Source: Gnetum montanum
Taxonomy: Eukaryota; Plantae; Gnetophyta
Length of the DNA stretch: 64,000 nucleotides
Assembly (NCBI GenBank): GCA_015680685.1
Contig: MNCI01001978.1
Span: forward strand, 275,311-339,310
Direction of reading: 5' to 3'
Below the pieces are notes generated by a model. That model saw only the letters and a list, made by a program, of their open reading frames with translations, was not told where the DNA came from and made no database searches. The position numbers and the translations under genes were made by a program. Of this stretch, positions 61,338 to 64,000 are shown in pieces; the first letter of the stretch is position 1, and the number at the start of each line of letters is the position of its first letter.

Positions 61338-64000
61338 TGTTGATTGGGCCAGTTTCAGCCATACCATCCTACACCCTTATAAATTCGATCATGAAGGATG
61401 AGCTCAAGGAGAGCGCTATCAGGGAGAGTTCTCTCACTTGCATAGCGCAAGGCGCTCTTGGGGAGGATGTTCTCAAGGAGAATGCTCTCCGAAGGCCAGT
61501 GCTAACCAAGGGTACTCTCAGGGAGGGCACTCTTATGGAGAATGTTCTTAAGGAGGACCCTGTCAAGGAGGCCATCCTCAAGGAGACCACTCCTAAGGAG
61601 GGTAGTCTCAGGGAGGGTACTCTTAGGAAGAGCACTCTCAAGGAGATCGCTATCAAGGAGGGTGTTCTCCTGGGAGACTGCTCTGAACTAGTGGACTCCA
61701 GGGAGAATGCTCCCGATGATGGCATCCTCAAGGAGACTGCTCTCAAGGAGGGCATTCTCATGGAGGGCACTCTTAGAAAGACCACTCTCAAGGACACCAC
61801 TCCCGATGAGGGTGCTCTCCATGAGGGCGCTCCAAGGGAATGCTCCTGACTAGGGTGTCCTTAGGGAGACCACTCTCAAGGAGGGCCATTCTCATGGAGG
61901 GTGCTCTTAGGAAGACTACTCTTCAGGAGACCGCTCCAGATGAGAGTGATCTCAGAGAGACTGCTCTCAAGGAGGGCATTCTCCAGGGAGACCGCTCTGG
62001 ACGAGGGTGCTCTAGGGAGAACGCTCTCGATGAGGATGTCCTCAGGGAGACTGCTCTCAAGAAGGACATTCTCAGGGAGGGCACTCTTAGAAAAGGTGCT
62101 CTCTGAAACAACACTCTCAAGGTGAAAACTCTCACGTGCGTAACGCAAGGTGCTCACAAACACTGTAAATGAGAATGCTCTCATGGAGACTACTCTAATG
62201 GAGGATGCCCTCAGGAAGAACGCTCTCAGCAAGAACGCTCTCAAGGACAACACTCTTCGATAGAACGCTCTCCACAAGGGCACTCCAGGAAGAATGCTCA
62301 TGATGAGGGCACTATTAAGAAGAATGCTCTTTAGATGGCTACTCAAACAAAGATCACTCCCGACGAGGGTGCTCTTAATGAGGATGCTCTCGAGGAGGCC
62401 AAACTCACGTAGAATGCTCTTAAGGAGGAAACTCTTAAAGAGGGCGTGTCTAGGAACACTGATCTTAAGGAGGGTGTTCTAATGGAGGTAGCTCTCCAAG
62501 AGAACACTCTCATGTGTATAATGAAAAGTGATCTCAAGGAGGTCACTCTAGTGAGAATGCTCCCAATGACGATGCTCTAGGGAGACCACTCTCAATGAGG
62601 ACAGTCCAGGGAGAACAGTCCTGATGAGGGCGTCCTCAGGCAGACCACTCTCCATAAGGGTGCTCTCAATGAGGGCACTCCTAGGAGAATGCTCTCGATG
62701 AGGTCGTCCTTAGGGAGACCGCTCTCAAGGAGGGCTGTTCTCAGGGAGGGCACTCCTAGGAAGACTACTCTCTAGGAGACCACTCTCAAGGAGGGCATTC
62801 TCCAAGGAGACTTCTCTCAACAAGAATGCGCCAGGGAGAACACTCTCAATGAGGACATCCTCAAGGAGACTGCTCTCAAGAAGGGTGTTCTCAAGGAGGA
62901 CACTCTTAGGAAAGGTGCTCTTTGAAACAACACTCTCAAGGTAAAAACTCTCATGTGTGGAATGCAAGGTGCTCATATGGAGAATTCTCTAAATGAGAAT
63001 GCTCTCACAAAGATTGCTCTAATGGAGGATGCCCTCAAGGAGAATGCTCTCAGCAAGAATGCTCTCAAGGACAGCACTCTTCGACAGAACACTCTCAATG
63101 AGGGCACTCTAGGGAGAACACTCACGATGAGGGTGCTATCAAGAAGAACACTCTTCAGATGGCCACTCAAACAAAGACCGCTCCTGATGAGGGCACTCTC
63201 AATAAGGATGCTCTAGAGGAGGCCGATCTCACGTAGAAAACTCTTAAGGAGGACACTCTCAAAGAGGGTGTCCACAATGACACCGATCTCAAGGAGGGTG
63301 TTCTAATGGAGGTAGCTCTCCAAGACAAAAATCTCAACAATGGCACTCTCGCAAGAAGAGAACACACTCCCGTGCATAATGAAAAGTGATCTCAAGGAGG
63401 TTGCTCCAGGGAGAACACTCCCAATGATGGTGCTCTAGGGAGACCGCTCTCAACGAGGGTGGTCCAGGGAGAACGCTCTTGATGAGGTCATCCTTAGGGA
63501 GACCACTCTCCATGAGGGTGCTCTTAACGAGGGCACTCCAGGGAGAATGCTCCCAATGAAGGTGTCCTCAGGGAGATCTCTCTCAAGGAGGGCATTCTAA
63601 GGGAGGGCGTTCTTAGGAAGACCGCTCTCAAGAAAAATGCTCCCAATGAGGGTGATCTTAGGGAGACCGCTCTCAACAAGGGTGCTCCAAGGGAAATGCT
63701 CTCGATGAGGAAGTCCTTAGGGAGACCACTCTCAAGAAGGGTATTCTTACGGAGGTCACTCTTAGGAAAGGTGCTCTCCGAAACAACGCTCCCAAGGTGA
63801 AAACTCTCACGTGTGTAACGCAAGGTGCTCACATGGAGAACCCTCTCATGGAGACTGCTCTAACAAAGGATGCCCTCAGGAAGAACACTCTCAAGGATGG
63901 CACTCTTCACTAGAATTCTCTTAACGAGGGCACTCCAGGGAGAATGCTGATGATGAGGGTGCTCTCAAGAAGAATGCTCTTCAGATGGCGTTCTTAGGGA

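Larger units (their letters stand above)
53804..64000. repeat. 15-bp repeat array with ~0.82-0.89 kb and ~2.9 kb higher-order units, distal IGS-like
   Basis: Marker AGGTGAAAACTCTCA near 54435, 55319, 55804, 56672, 58021, 59172, 60054, 60908, 62120, 62939 and 63796. Confidence 0.9.

Noticed and set aside
6009-63832. Many ORFs with 5-aa periodicity (ENALK/EGTLK) resembling pentapeptide-repeat proteins
   Set aside because: By-product of the 15-bp DNA repeat. They occur in all frames and strands, with stops at random places between copies.
16437-64000. 5S rRNA gene linked within the IGS, as in some gymnosperms
   Set aside because: No GG(A/G)TGCGATCATACCAGCACT-like sequence seen on either strand by eye.

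Overview
Plant nuclear heterochromatin with no intact host gene. The 18S signature (minus strand GCGGATGGCTCATT...TTTCTTTGATGGTACC) looks gymnosperm-like, which is an inference. The backbone is decayed 35S rDNA on the minus strand: two 5' 18S pseudogene fragments (1-1052, ~10762-11468), each preceded by a ~5 kb 5'ETS containing ~643-bp tandem repeats. Around these lie about ten copies of the plant Pol I start motif TATATAGGGGG, a very long IGS-like array of a 15-bp repeat (GAGGGCACTCTCAAG-type), and an 11 x 646-bp satellite. Two LTR retrotransposons sit in the 15-bp array. The first is an 18,070-bp Ty3/gypsy Tat/Ogre-like element (23342-41411, minus, TSD ACTAT, tRNA-Asn PBS, gag-PR // RT-RH-aRH-INT). 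The second is a younger related element spanning an assembly gap (49812-53798, TSD GAGAC). The most notable finding lies in the ~6 kb gap between protease and RT of the large element: an antisense gene that I can splice by hand into 8 phase-compatible GT-AG exons (30246-34771, 1059 aa, no frameshift, 8 deamination-type stops). It encodes an FCP1/NIF-like HAD domain lacking catalytic aspartates, a PMD/Transposase_32-like domain and a coiled-coil region. The same element carries about 22 copies of a covarying AGTTT-NN-hairpin motif and a covarying stem-loop around the PPT that is shared with the second element. All domain calls are by-eye motif recognition; no database search was run.
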